Shown here piece after piece: positions 1-13,406 of a DNA stretch of 64,000 nucleotides; the first letter of the stretch is position 1, and each line of letters starts with the position of its first letter. This stretch comes from Amoebidium appalachense (lineage: Eukaryota > Protista > Ichthyosporea), in the NCBI GenBank assembly GCA_963693365.1, contig CAVNZM010000002.1, positions 8,219,059-8,283,058 of the forward strand, given 5' to 3'. The notes beneath the pieces are model-generated. The model ran no database searches and was not told the origin of the DNA. It was given only the letters and a program-made list of their open reading frames with translations. The translations under genes were made by a program, and so were the position numbers.

Positions 1-1061
1 CTTGCCTATGCCTTTATGGATGAAGACGTACCGTGGCACGGTAGCATCCTCCGTGTGCACGTTTTGCCCAACTGTAAAAATCATGTGCTGATAAAAACTT
101 TTGACGATGATGACGTATCTCATTCCAACGATCTATTCGAAAAAATGGCAAGCCAAATCAATAAGACGAGCAATGGCCTATCTCTAAGCAAAGCAAGACG
201 AGGCGTTCCTATTGGGTTCTTAAAAAGAGAGTCCAGCTTTCCGAAGTACAGAATCATGCATATAACATGCCGGTCCTACCAGTTCTCATCACGTGTAGGT
301 GTTTCATTGGTTGACCCAAAAAGCATTTGTGCCAACCAGAGCGCCGTTTGGTCCGGTTGGCACCAAATGGGTCGGTGCACTGGCATTTCCCTGTGTGTGT
401 CGTAATCACCCAATTCGCCCTCGTTTCCCTATGCTAAGCAGCTGTACGGTAAAGCTACACTATTTCCGCCCTACCTTCCATGTTTGTGCTAATGAAGATT
501 GGTGTTATGTTTTAAAGTGTAGGGACGTTATACGTATTCGCAAGTACGGACATAGATGCAGAGTCTAGCTAGTGGATATGCGGTTTGAGGTTCTCGTGTA
601 GTGCGTAGGGGAGCCTGAAGGGAAGAGACGGGACCTTGTCCGCCATCTGGAAGCTCGACCAAGAACCAGGTAAGAAGTTTCCTTTATACACGCCAATCTC
701 TGTACAGGGCATGTTGGATGTTAGCTATACGTTTTTTGTCTTTTCGTTTCAAGCGTATTAGGAGTGTCTGGGAAAATGGAGCAGGTTGATGTCCGGACAG
801 TGCCGTCCTTTAGTTGGCAGCGGAAACCTAGACAGCTAGTTGTGGTGTCACTTGAGCTGCGTTCTAACTTTGCTAACAGGTAGCTACACGTTTTATCCCT
901 TGACGCAAAAGAATCACGACATCTTTGCCCGTCCTCCCTCTACTTCTCCAGTAGTATGGCTCGGTGAACTCTCATACTTTGTCCTGGCACACATGCACAA
1001 ACATGCTTTCTATCATAAGTAAGACTTGAACCCATACAGGTCACAGGACAGTGGGGCTTTG

Positions 1062-2099
1062 ATGGAGACCCAGAAGGCAGGCAGCCCTTCCGGCTGCTGC
1101 CGCTCAAGCATGGTTCACTTGGAGGCGCTTTCTGGGGGACTGTCTGGTAGTGTTCCAGAGAAGGGAAAGTGTGGTGCAGGTGACGAGGGAGATTGCAAGG
1201 AAACACCAACATCGCTAAGGCGAACACAGAGCGAAAGCCAATGCCACAAACTCACGGGGCATAGACGGACGCTGGAGGCGTGTAGCACAGGTAGGTTGAA
1301 GTGGTTGTTGGCTTTGGTGGGTGGTGCTGGCTGGTATTTGTGGTATTCTGGGGAAGTTTTCTTACGGTTTTCTCAAACAGTGAGTGTGTGCAAACACTTA
1401 ATCGCGTGCTTTGTCTTTGTGCATAATTATTGGACATTTGCACATGATAAAAAATTGATCGTGTGATATACCTGACATTTTCATTCTCTGGAACAGGAAG
1501 CAATCCTCAGCTGTCGACGGAGCTCGTGCAGTCTCGGCCCAGAATTTCCATCACAAATGGCACTATGAAACCCCACACAGAAAGCATGGCGGAGATAAAC
1601 CACAATGTGAGCAAATATGCAGTCGGTTCAAGCCACCTATTAGCTGGGTCGAGAGACTCGCTTAAACAGGCACACACGCCGCCACCTACGTTGCTTCGCA
1701 GAGTGGTGTCAAGCACACACCACAAAGATTCGGATGATGATTGTAGCAGGCATAGCTCGACCGATTCAAACTCATCATGTGGGTCGAACCAAGATTTAGT
1801 CGTATATTCCCCGAAAAAGGGGCTGGTAGGTACCGTTACGGAAGCCGCCCTGGAAACGATTCTTCCTGTGTTTGAAGTTGTAGCTGATGTCGGAAGCTAC
1901 TGGTTAAAGAAAAGTTCACACCTGTTGTTTCCACAATCCATAAAGGCATCGTTTTTGAGGGGGGAGATGAATTCGGCCGTTTCATATGCGGACTGGGTGC
2001 AGAGGGCTATTGAATTGGACAGGTACTTTCTGCTTCCAATACGTTTATTCGCTGCTTTCTTTTTTTCCCCCTGTTTTTTTTTTTTTTTTTTTTTTTTAT

Positions 2100-2132
<33 letters not shown>

Positions 2133-2228
2133 GGAAGGATTTGTGTGCGTGATGGGGGGGAAGGGGTGGGGGATGGTCGATTAGAGAGGATGGCAGGTGT
2201 GGGTGGAGCCGTGTTTTTTTTTTTTTTT

Positions 2229-2259
<31 letters not shown>

Positions 2260-3801
2260 GGGGGGGACGAGAAGAGGGTTGTCATCTTTGCAAAGTTCTA
2301 GTAAATGGAATTGGGAGGTATTCGTCGTGTGTGTTCAACAGCTCCGATTTTTGCGCAGTGGTTATGGAAGATTTATGTATGTATGCACATGCAGTTTGAG
2401 GTATCTGCGGGTGAATGAGGGGAGTTTGAGTTTACCAGGCAAATGTGTGGTTGGCTCGACCTTTAGAAAGGCACACACTTTTGTTTGTTTGGCTGTGTGG
2501 GCGTGAATGTGGAAGTTCGGGCACGTTTACGCGGGTGTGCAATATAACGCGGTAAGGACAGGAGCAAATAACGTTTGCATGAGGGTTTGGTGTGTGTGCG
2601 TGTGTGTCCTGTTGCCGTGTATACGCACCACATCAGGTGGTCAAAGCACTGACACCTTTTTATTCCCATCTGGTGGGATCTTCCATATGACCAGGTTGGA
2701 GGGTAACCCCCCCCTCCCCCCTCCCCCTCCCCCCCCCCCCCCCCCCCTCCAGGCGGGAGCACCACCACCAGGACCACTAAAACGTTACTCCACCCTCCAT
2801 CTTTACTGCTATTAACATGTGCACCTACCGCACACACACACTACCCACACATAGGCACAAGCACGTATGCCCGTGCGGCCCACACACACACACTCATAGA
2901 GAGAGAGGAGCACGCACATGCACATGCACAGATGTACACGCATGCACGTGTTACATTGGGCGGCTCAAACTTTCTCAAGCTTATGTATACCGAGCACCCT
3001 CTCACACAACCAGAGCATCCCGCGACACATACATCTTAACCGAAAACCCCCACAAAGCACCACTCCTGGCAAAAACCACATATTGCACACGTGTTGCAAT
3101 ACAAAAGGCCTATTCATAAGGGTTTAAGCGTATCTATGGTGCCTGCCGAACACAAGTGCTTGCTGGTGGATATGTAGATTGCGCTGGAGCACTAATGTAT
3201 GAAAGCGCTTTTATAATCGGGTGGATTTGCACTTGTGGCCGATATGCACTTGTTATCAGGTGGATTCGGTGAATGTGTGTTTGCTATCGGGTGGATTTGG
3301 GTATGTTTATATGTGGGTATGGTGGACTTTCGTTTGCAATCGGGTGGATTTGTGTATGTAAGCAGGTGTGTTTGGGGTGGATTTTCGTTTGCAATCGGGT
3401 GGATTTGTGTATGTAAGCAGGTGTGTTTGGGGTGGATTTTCGTTTGCAATCGGGTGGATTTGTGTATGTAAGCAGGTGTGTTTGGGGTGGATTTTCGTTT
3501 GCAATCGGGTGGATTTGTGTATGTAAGCAGGTGTGTTTGGGGTGGATTTTCGTTTGCAATCGGGTGGATTTGCATATACAAGTAGGTGCATATGGTGAAT
3601 GTATTGTAATCGGGTGTAATCAGCAAAGCTGATTGGTTGGTTTGTGTGTGCAGGCAAGCAGCAGTGGAAGATGGAGTTTAGTAGCGACCTATACGACAGT
3701 GTTTTGATTGAGAAGAAGTTGGAGGACCTGAGGAGGGCACGAAGGAACAATGATGTGCGCCAGATGATGTTCCTGTTGAGATCAGGTGTGTGTGTGTACC
3801 C

Positions 3802-3842
<41 letters not shown>

Positions 3843-3844
3843 CA

Positions 3845-3876
<32 letters not shown>

Positions 3877-3906
3877 TGTGTGTCTGTGTGTGTATCTGTG
3901 TGTATG

Positions 3907-3938
<32 letters not shown>

Positions 3939-4075
3939 GGGGCGCAGATGGAGAAGCGGCCATTTTCAGTCATTCACTAGTTGTTTACTTGACAATTCTG
4001 AACAACTGTGCCCAGAATTAAAATGGGTCAATGTTGACACTGCGCCTGTGTGCATTTTTTTTTACTCCCGACGGC

Positions 4076-4120
<45 letters not shown>

Positions 4121-4789
4121 TCCTTCTTTTTTCTTTCCTTCTTTCCTTTCCTTTCCTTTTTTTCTTTTTGTTCTTTTTTTGTGGTGGTGGTGGGTGAGTG
4201 GCTGGGTGAGTGGGGATGGCGGGAAGGGGGAAGAGAGACGGGGGACAGGGGGAGGAGGGCCTGCAATCACATGGAAGTCTTTTGGAGATCTTCATTCTAA
4301 AGGGGTGTCGCAGGTGGTTAGCCTTCTACTATATTATTAGAGGAGATCTGCATTCTAATACGAAATTTTCTTTGGGGGTGTGCGTGCAGGACTGTTTCGT
4401 AACTTGGGCAACATCGGCAACCCCCTCCTGTACGAGTATTGCAACGTTGGGACCAAGCGGCTCATAGAGAAGTATATAGACGAGGTGGTCTACCAGCTGA
4501 ACCAATTGGCTGATGCTGATTGGCCAGGCGTCACACTCGCCGATTTGGTTGGTGCGTTACCTAAGAGTGCACGTGTGGTTGTGGGTGGGTATGTGAATTG
4601 GTTGAGTGTGTGGGTGGTGGGGGGGGCAGGGGGGTGAGGAGGGGGTGTTTTGTGAGGTGGGAGGAACGAGGGATAGGGAAAGGTGGGAGGAGGGGGGGGA
4701 GGGGGCAGGATTCCGACGAGGAGTCACGGTTGCCGGCTTGTTATTACTGATGCGTGTTCTTTTTGTGTATGGGTGACGAGGTTTTTGCC

Positions 4790-4831
<42 letters not shown>

Positions 4832-5047
4832 TAAGGGAAGACGAGAGTGAGGGGAGGACTGGGCAGGGAGGGGGAAGAGGGGAGGGTGGTGGTTGGAGGG
4901 GGAAGAGGGGGGGGGGGAGGGGGGGAGGCAGACACTCACACCCATCCCCTGTGCGTAGATTTCTTCCGGGACACACGGCAGGCATTTGGTCGATCTGCCC
5001 TGCTGCTCAGTGGAGGCGGTGCCTTTGGTAAGCAAAAAAATGACTCC

Positions 5048-5086
<39 letters not shown>

Positions 5087-5430
5087 CCTCGCTCTACCTA
5101 TGATGCACACTCTTTGTGTCAGTATTGCAAAGTCTTCCACGTTATCCATCGTGAAGGTATGCTTTGTACTCTGTAACACAATCTATCCTTCTGCCCCCCC
5201 CCCCCCCCCCCTCCCCCCCCCCCTCCCCCAAACACACACACACACACACAAAGGGAGAAAAACGTGGGCAGGTTCCAGGGTGCTGGTTGGGTGTCTGAAT
5301 GTCCTTCACTTCTCTCATCTCCGGCACATAACTGCATCGTTCTTGTTGCAAGTGTAATGTTTCTTTCCTATTGTTTCTGTTACACAGGTGTGTGGGATGT
5401 AATATCAAAGATACAGGCAGTATTGATTGT

Positions 5431-5498
<68 letters not shown>

Positions 5499-5850
5499 GC
5501 GATTGCGCGCGCGCGCGCGCGTGTTTGTTCGTGTGTTTGTGTGTGTGTGGGTGAGTGGGTGTGTGGGGGGGGGGGGGGGGGGGGGGGGGGGGCTAACGAA
5601 GTAGGCACCTTTTTCGTTTGAATGTGTGTAGCTGGTTGAACAGATGTGCAATTTCAGGTACGTGTTTTGTACCTTCCAAATATGGTAGTGCTCACGTGGT
5701 CTGTGTGCAGGGCCCTACCACATTGGGGTCTGCAAGGCACTCTTTCAACACAACCTGTTGCCCCGCATAGTGGCCGGGTGAGTGCATTTTACCTCCATCC
5801 CCCCCCCCCCCCCCCCCCCCCTCCCCCTAACCCCCCCCCCCCCCCCCCCC

Positions 5851-5900
<50 letters not shown>

Positions 5901-7329
5901 AGCACATGCACACGCATTGCTATACACCCGTTTTACCCGTTAGGTTGTGCTATCAAGCAATTCTGCTTTGGTTGTGATTTTATTTACCCGATCACTCTGG
6001 TTGGTTACTTCCCTCCCTTCCCCCCCCATCCTCCTCCCTCGCCCCGCGCGCGCTAAAGGGGGGGGGGGGGGGGGGGGGGGAGGGTATTTGGAAAGATGAA
6101 GAGTGTTGTGTATAGAGTGAAAAGAGTACACTGGGGCATGTGGTGCAGAATTAAGTCGAGTTACAGCGACGGTGTTCAGAAGGAAAGAGATGGTGGAAGG
6201 CTTTCTTCATAAACAAGCATACACGGACGTGTTGCGGATGTGTACGTGTGTGTGTGTGTGTGTGTGTGTGCTGATGGCATGGCACATGCGCTTCAGGTCG
6301 TCTGTGGGGTCGATAGTTGCAGGATGTATCTGCTGCAAGACAGACAGTGAGCTTAATGAGATGCTGGCACACCCCATTGAGATGAACGCATTTGACGAGG
6401 TGGGTGTGTCCCTTGTTTTTCTCTGTGTATGTCTCTCTCCCTCTTGCTCTGTTTGCCCCACCCCCCCTCCACCTCCCACTTGGGATGTGGGTGGGGCGTG
6501 CGTGCGTGTGGGTGTAGGTGTGTGTGTGGATGTGTATGCGTGTGTGTGGGCACACGTGCTCATGCGGGTGCGCGTGCATGCTTGTGCGTATGCTCTTGTG
6601 CGTATTTATACATATATATATATATTGGAGGGCGGGATGCGCGGATGACAACATTATTCGTTGTCCCACAAGCACTCACACACATGTATACCTTCACAAG
6701 ACACACAACACACACACACACACACACAAGCTCATCCCGATCTCTATCCTCTTGCTCTTTCCCCTCCCCATCCCCCCCCCCCCCCCCCCCCCCCACGCCC
6801 CCCGGTTTCTGGGGGGCGTGGAGTTGGCCGAAACTCGAGCACTGTGGATGACTGGCCCCCTCCCCCCGCCCCCGGAGGGTGGGCTCTGCCTATCATGCAT
6901 ACTCCTTACGTGCGCTTTGCACTCTGCTTCGTGTTGTCCGTTGTATATGTTTACTTCGTACTATAACACATTCTAACCCCCCCCCCCCCCTCCCCCGCCC
7001 TGCCCTCATACAAATACAACACGTACAGCTGGACTCGGACTATCCACTCCTTCGCAAGTTCAAGCGTCTATTCCAGGAGGGGGTCTTAGCCGACGTAGGA
7101 CCCCTACGTGAGGCAGTGATCAAGTTTGTGGGGGACATGACGTTCCAGGAGGCATACAACAAGACCAGGCGCATCCTCAACATCACCGTAAACTCGGCAA
7201 ACCCCCACGAGTCGGCCCGGTTGCTGAATTTCCTAACGGCACCACACGTGGTATGTGTCCCCCCCCCCCCCAGTTCTTTCCGGTCGTCATTTCTCTCCTG
7301 CCATGCAGTGTGCCCCCTCCCTCCCCCCC

Positions 7330-7365
<36 letters not shown>

Positions 7366-8813
7366 AAACCACCCACCCACCCAACCCTCCCCCCTTGCCC
7401 ACTGGGAGTTGCAGTTTCCTCCCAGCTATGCAGGTTGTCAGCATGATGGTGTAGTGTGCGGTTTCTAGTCCTCCCCTGTGATGCACACTCTTAAGGAGGA
7501 CGAAACCATGGGTTTCGTCGACCCGGCCATGCTCTGATTGGCTTAAACAGAACTCCAACTGACCAATAGTATCACGTGGCGTAATGGCAAATAACCAGAA
7601 AAGGTTAAACATGAAATACGAAAAAGCCAGTGTTGTGCCGCTTTGAATCGAGCTGCGAAAAAGCATCTACAATATAATTGGCTAAGAGTTTGTGTCACTT
7701 GTCTCCCAAAGCTCTAACTTGTGTCTGGGTGTGCCGCTGAGCCAGGCAGCTCGGATTTGAATTTCCCGGCCTAGGAAATTTTAGCTAAGGAAACTTCTGT
7801 TACAAACGCAATGTCCTACATATAGTACAATCTACATGAAATACTTAAATTTCTGGTTTGGCGAGGCCTCATTTTTATTGCGCTATCTGCATAGACCTAT
7901 ATGTGCAAATAGGGATTAGGGACCATTATGGATTGAAATTTGATTGTCCTTGGAGCCTGGTTGCGCGGCCCCAGTTGCGCCCTTACGATACGCCCCACGA
8001 TTGAAGATCTAAGGGGATTTGCATGTGGCTCATGAATAACAAGGTACATACCGTCGGATCATCATCACACCATGGCGGCGAACGATGGGTTATTCTCCTA
8101 ACTGCTATGTTCCCTCTTTTCATTACTTCTCTTTTTCCTTTTCTCAATACCCCACAAAAAATATGATAGCTGCAGCAGTGTATTCCTGTATTATCCCGCC
8201 AGGATTCCCAACACCGTGATGTCACATGTACAGGCACTGGCTCAATTGGCTGAGTTGGCTCACGCGTACGGGCAGCGGCCATACGGAGGAGGGCAAAAAT
8301 GTAACGCAAATGCTTTGTATAACCCACGCGTGACCTATAAGCAAGAGTATTATAGACTACAAAATGGCCACACTATGCGCTAGAGCATGTTAAGCATGGA
8401 AACATCAAGTATATAGTATGAACTTACAATCTGGTGTACAGAATTTTTATAACTCAATTGATTAAAAAGTTTTTATTGTACACAATTTCCATAATTGATT
8501 GTACTAGCAAAACCGTACCGGATTTAGGTGTAGTTGGTTTTCTGCTCGCCGACGCTGAACCAATTGAGTTATAATTTTTCTGTACAACAAATCGTTAGAA
8601 AACACTATTTCCATAATTTCCATGCAAAAATTATAGCCTTAGCAGATAATTTGGTCATTTTGTAATGGCCGAACCCTGTTTTTCATATGAATTTGGCCCA
8701 GGAGTCGATCGCCACGATCCCATGATTTCATCTACCTTAAATGTGTGCTTTTGCCGCTCTGCCTTGTGCTGTCCATCATGGATGTGTTTTTGGTACTCCG
8801 TGAGAGGCATTGT

Positions 8814-8845
<32 letters not shown>

Positions 8846-8978
8846 TGATGATGGGCTCTGTTCAAGTGTCTTCTGCCTGCACGCTTAAATTGTTTAATTT
8901 TGGGTTTCTCATTTTTGCAACGTTTTTATTGTTGCTCTTTGTTGTCTCCTCCATATTTCCAACCCTCTAACACATACA

Positions 8979-9012
<34 letters not shown>

Positions 9013-9281
9013 ACCCCACCCTGCTCGTCTTTGATCAAGACGGGTTGACCCACCCAAGTTCAGTTGATGCTGCTGTCTGAGTTGGAGCGTCGTATATACG
9101 CGGGCTAAGGGGTCGAAACTCAGACGCAATTGATGACTTGGGCCCTCCCTGAGGATGGGCTCTGCTTATGACGCATACTGTGCGCATGGCTGATGCTGCA
9201 TACTTGAATGTTTGCCTTTGCATGTGTCCTGCACCATGCTTCTCATCGTGTATGCGTACTTCGTACTGTGTTCCGCATTCA

Positions 9282-9344
<63 letters not shown>

Positions 9345-10196
9345 TACCACTCTGCTGCCCGCCCACGAACCCAAAAACCTGTGAAGCAAGCACCCCCGTA
9401 GTCTATAATGCCACACCCCATTGACACATCCCCCCCCCCCCCCCCCCCCCCCCCCCCTTCCTCCTTGCCTCCCTCCCTCCCTCCCTCCCTCTAGGTGATC
9501 TGGAGTGCCATATGTGCCTCTTGCGCCCTGCCCGGACTGTTCAAACCCGTGCAGCTGCTTGCAAAGGACAAAAACGGCAAACTCGTCAACTGGGGCCTGT
9601 CGGGTAAGTTGGGTGGCTGTGTACCCGTGTGTTTACCCGTGCATTGTATGTGTTTGTGGGTGTGTGGTTGTGTGTGTGCTCGGTGTGGTTGTGTGTGTAC
9701 ATTTGTGTGCTTGTGTTGTGCATGCTCGTGCTGGTGTGTGTGCAGATGCATGTCCGTGTGTGTGTGTTCTAGTGCCTGCCTCTCGTCTCTGCTTCTGTAT
9801 CACTCTCAGTACCCAATGTGTTTGTATGCATCGGTGTGTGTGTTGTTTATGCACGCTATATCTGTATGCATTCCATTTTTCTTAGGATGTTCAGAACAAC
9901 AAGACTCACTTTGACCCCTTGACGTGCCTGTGCAGGTGAACAGTGGACGGACGGATCAGTGGAGACAGACCTACCCACCACCCGCCTCTCTGAGCTGTTC
10001 AATGTCAACCATTTCATTGTGTGTCAGGTAAAGACATTACCCAACTCCCCCCCCCCCTCCCCCCCCCCCCTCTCCCCTCCCCTCCTCCTCTCCTCGCTTC
10101 CCTTCCTCCCCAACTAGTTTGCGGGCGCGCACACACACATACACACGCACACACACACACACTACCTCCACCCGCGCGCGTGCGCGCGCGCGCACG

Positions 10197-10267
<71 letters not shown>

Positions 10268-10751
10268 CCTCCATCCGCACACTTGCACATCCCATAAATA
10301 ATGGTTTTCTGGCCCACCCTAGCCCCACTTTCCTTTTCTTCTTTTCCCGTCATTAGAAACCGAAAGACATTGGCTGCCAGACAGTGTTATCTTGATGGCT
10401 GCTGTGTTTGAACATGCAGTGGGAGCTCTGGTAATAGTCCCTTCCCCCTCAACCTCCCCCTCCCTCCCCCCCTTCCCCCCCCCCCCCTCCCCCCCCCCTC
10501 CCCCTCCCCCCTCCCCCCCCCCCTCCCCCCCACCCACTTGATGACGTTGCCTTGCTGTGTGTGGTCCACTGACTTGCACGTTCCTTCCAGATCAATCCGC
10601 ACGTGCTTCCCTTCATGCACCCGCGTAGCCCCCTGTCTGCCCTGAGTCTCCACTACCCCCGCACGGCCGAGCTGCTCGTGCAGGAGTTACGCCACCGCGC
10701 TACACAGGTATCAGACCCCCCCCCCCCCCCCCCCAGGCCCCCACCTCCCCC

Positions 10752-10782
<31 letters not shown>

Positions 10783-10899
10783 ACACACACACACCTCCTA
10801 GTAGGACCCCCCCAAACACCCAACGGGGGATTCTATCTTTTGATCCATTTTCTTCCATACCTCCCATACGCCCTTCACCCACTCCCCCCTCCCCCTCGC

Positions 10900-10931
<32 letters not shown>

Positions 10932-11316
10932 ACACCCCAAGCCGAAGAAACCCAGAGGCCATCTGAATGCCTTTTCTGGTTTATATTTCCGGAAGGCTTT
11001 TTTCAAATTATCTGAGCGTGCAAGTTTTATCCCATGGTCCCCCCCCCCCCCCCCCGAGGCCACCTCTGCCCATCTGCCACCCCTTTTCTTCCCCCGCACA
11101 CACATACGCACCCACCACCCTCCCTAAAAATTAAAATATGTCTCTCTGTCACATGCACATCAAGTAGCCATGATACCAGTTCTCACCTTCTCCGCCCCCC
11201 CCAGCTTGCCCAGGTGCACAATGCCTTCCGACCTGTACGTGACGTCCTCAACCAGAAATACACCGGCCACATCACTATCGTCCCGGATATCCGTATGCAT
11301 TACACCACCCCCCCCC

Positions 11317-11350
<34 letters not shown>

Positions 11351-11432
11351 CGTCACCCCGTTTTTGTCTTTGTGCATGGCACCGTCTCCCATACTATTCC
11401 TCCCTCCCCCTACCCCCACCCGTCTTCCCTCC

Positions 11433-11468
<36 letters not shown>

Positions 11469-12000
11469 TTTTTTTTTTTTTTTGCCAGTTCCAGGCTCTC
11501 ACCTTCCCGGAGTTGCACCCCTTCATCTAGGCAGATTCAGATCACTCCTCGTTAGTTACGAACTCACTCATGCACCCATGGACACAACTTTTCCTTGGTC
11601 CCAAACAGGCATGGCGAGAGAGATCATGAGAAACATGCACTAACAAGAGACATGAAAGGAACACGAGCCATGAAAATAGAAAGAAGGGGGAATGGGAGGG
11701 AGGGGAAAGCGGGTGAAGAGACTGGGTGAAAAGAAAAGAGGAAGAAACCCTCTTTCTACGAATGAAAAGGACTTATACCTATTGTTAAAGGTATATCTAG
11801 CGGTTAATCTGCAATTTTACCTGGATATATTTTAGGTATAGTGGACATTTGTCCACCCACAATCTCCCACGTTTACCAACGTGCATACCCATCCCCCCAG
11901 ATTTCACGGACTATCCTAAGATTATCTCTAGCCCCGAGCCAGAATACATGAAGAGAGCAATCCTATTGGGTGAGCGATCTACCTGGCCAAGTATGTGCTA

Positions 12001-12036
<36 letters not shown>

Positions 12037-12768
12037 CTCCCCCCGCCCCTGCCCAAAAACACACTCTCAATAAAGCATGTGGGTGCACGAGGCGATTTGA
12101 TCGAAACATTGATTACTTATATGGTTTGGCTCTGTCTTTAAGGATGTGTTATAGTGAAGTTGCACTCTCTATTGCCATGTTCTTTTTGGAATATCGACAT
12201 TGTGTTATCCGTGTGGAACAAGTGATATTTCATGCTGTGTGCTTCATTCAACCCCACCCCCCACCCCAACAGTTTCCCTCTCTCTACCAATAATGTACGT
12301 ACAACTCTGCCACATGTAAAACCGGGGATAGTGGTGTTGGTGAGCAATTGTGCCAGGGCCTTCCCCTTATAGTAAACCCCTTTACCCCTGTGTCCAATCC
12401 CTCTCCCTCTCTTTCGTCTTGCCTGTTCTTTCCTTACTGTGCCGTTGCCAGACAGAGGGGGGTCAGCGGACGTTAATGTGTGTGTTGTTTTGTGGTGGTG
12501 GTGGTGGGGGGGGGGGGGGGGGGGGGGGGGAGAGGGGGGGCATAAGATTGCCATGCTTGGGCCTTAACAGTATTGTGTGCTCTTGCAAGTATCAGGGGGG
12601 AGGGAGGCGGGGGGAGGAGGGGAGGAAAGAGAGGGTTGGTCTCTGGGGAAGGGGGGGGGGGGGGGAGGGGAGGTACAGTGGCTTACCTGAGGGTGTGTGC
12701 AGAGATCGGCATGATGCGCATCCACTGTGACATTGAACTGACCCTGGACAGAATATTCTTCAGGCTGC

Positions 12769-12829
<61 letters not shown>

Positions 12830-13145
12830 GATGGGTGTTGGGTGGGTGGGGGTTGTGTGTGTGTGTGGAGGGGGGGGGGGGGAGGGAGGGGGGGGGGGGA
12901 GGGAGAAGGGGTAGGTGTGTATGCGTGCAATGTGATTGATATGGGTGTGGATTGCACTCTGACATAGGGTGGATGTGTGCATGTCTGAACGTGTCGATTA
13001 GTGTGCCTCCATGCCGTTCCATTGGATTTTGTGCATGTCTCTCATTCTCTCTCTCTCTCTCTCGTGTGTGTGTGTGTGTTTGTGTTGACGGGCCGGTGGG
13101 GGTGGGGGGGCTGTCACTTGTTGCGGGCAGGGGCGGAGAGGGGAA

Positions 13146-13179
<34 letters not shown>

Positions 13180-13406
13180 GGGAGAAGCACTTCATGGAGC
13201 CGAATTCGTGTAGCTCACCATTATGCAATCTGCCCCTCTCCCCTCCCCCCTCCCCCCCTCCCCCCCCCCCCCCCCCCCCCCTCACACACACACACACACA
13301 GCAACGCGCGTTTGACCAGGACAACAGTCTAGCCCAGCAAGACTTTGTGCCCGACCCGGCCCGTATAGCTCGGGCACAGCAGCGCCATGCATCATGTGTG
13401 CACTAG
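1062..13406 (+). CDS. Patatin-like triacylglycerol lipase (fungal TGL3/4/5, plant SDP1 type), 15 coding exons
   Basis: Phase-consistent GT-AG exons: 1062-1290, 1497-2022, 2695-2702, 3654-3785, 4390-4551, 4959-5027, 5711-5777, 6297-6399, 7029-7250, 9495-9603, 9936-10027, 10591-10707, 11205-11292, 11901-11990, 12703-12770, 13302-13406 (16 segments counting the microexon). Motifs: [28 protein letters not shown] (oxyanion loop), GSSVG (GxSxG), [38 protein letters not shown] (catalytic Asp), [28 protein letters not shown]. Start codon less certain; a possible 5' UTR exon ends at 669. Confidence 0.92.
2695..2702 (+). CDS. 8-nt microexon of the lipase gene
   Basis: ccag|GTTGGAGG|gtaacc bridges the phase-2 donor at 2022 and the phase-1 acceptor at 3654, giving ELDRLEGKQQWK. 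A branch-like cactgac lies upstream at 2647-2653. Confidence 0.8.
3331..3572. repeat. Intronic minisatellite, 55-bp unit, about 4.4 copies
   Basis: Unit cgtttgcaatcgggtggatttgtgtatgtaagcaggtgtgtttggggtggatttt starts at 3331, 3386, 3441, 3496 and 3551 (partial). Degenerate copies flank it from about 3215 to 3620. Confidence 0.95.
6875..6992 (+). repeat. Short interspersed repeat, short variant (ga(g)gatgggctctgc family)
   Basis: Similar to the reverse complement of 53511-53625. Shares the gggctctgc head and the cattc-aa-poly(C) end with the 9041-9339 element. Confidence 0.65.
8435..8586. repeat. Imperfect 26-bp inverted repeat, possible MITE or foldback, in a lipase intron
   Basis: TGTACAGAATTTTTATAACTCAATTG (8435-8460) and CAATTGAGTTATAATTTTTCTGTACA (8561-8586) are 23/26 complementary, with an AT-rich 100-bp spacer. 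Confidence 0.55.
9041..9339 (+). mobile_element. SINE-like interspersed repeat (~245-bp body plus C-tract and poly-A)
   Basis: The body recurs in reverse complement at 53183-53408 and 5'-truncated at 43501-43600. It ends in cattcaaa-C(n)-A(n). Confidence 0.7.

Noticed and set aside
3331-3572. Regular repeats (also 52605-52965, 15686-15797, 60925-61041) as CRISPR arrays
   Set aside because: They are head-to-tail units without unique spacers, there are no cas genes, and the context is eukaryotic intron or intergenic DNA.
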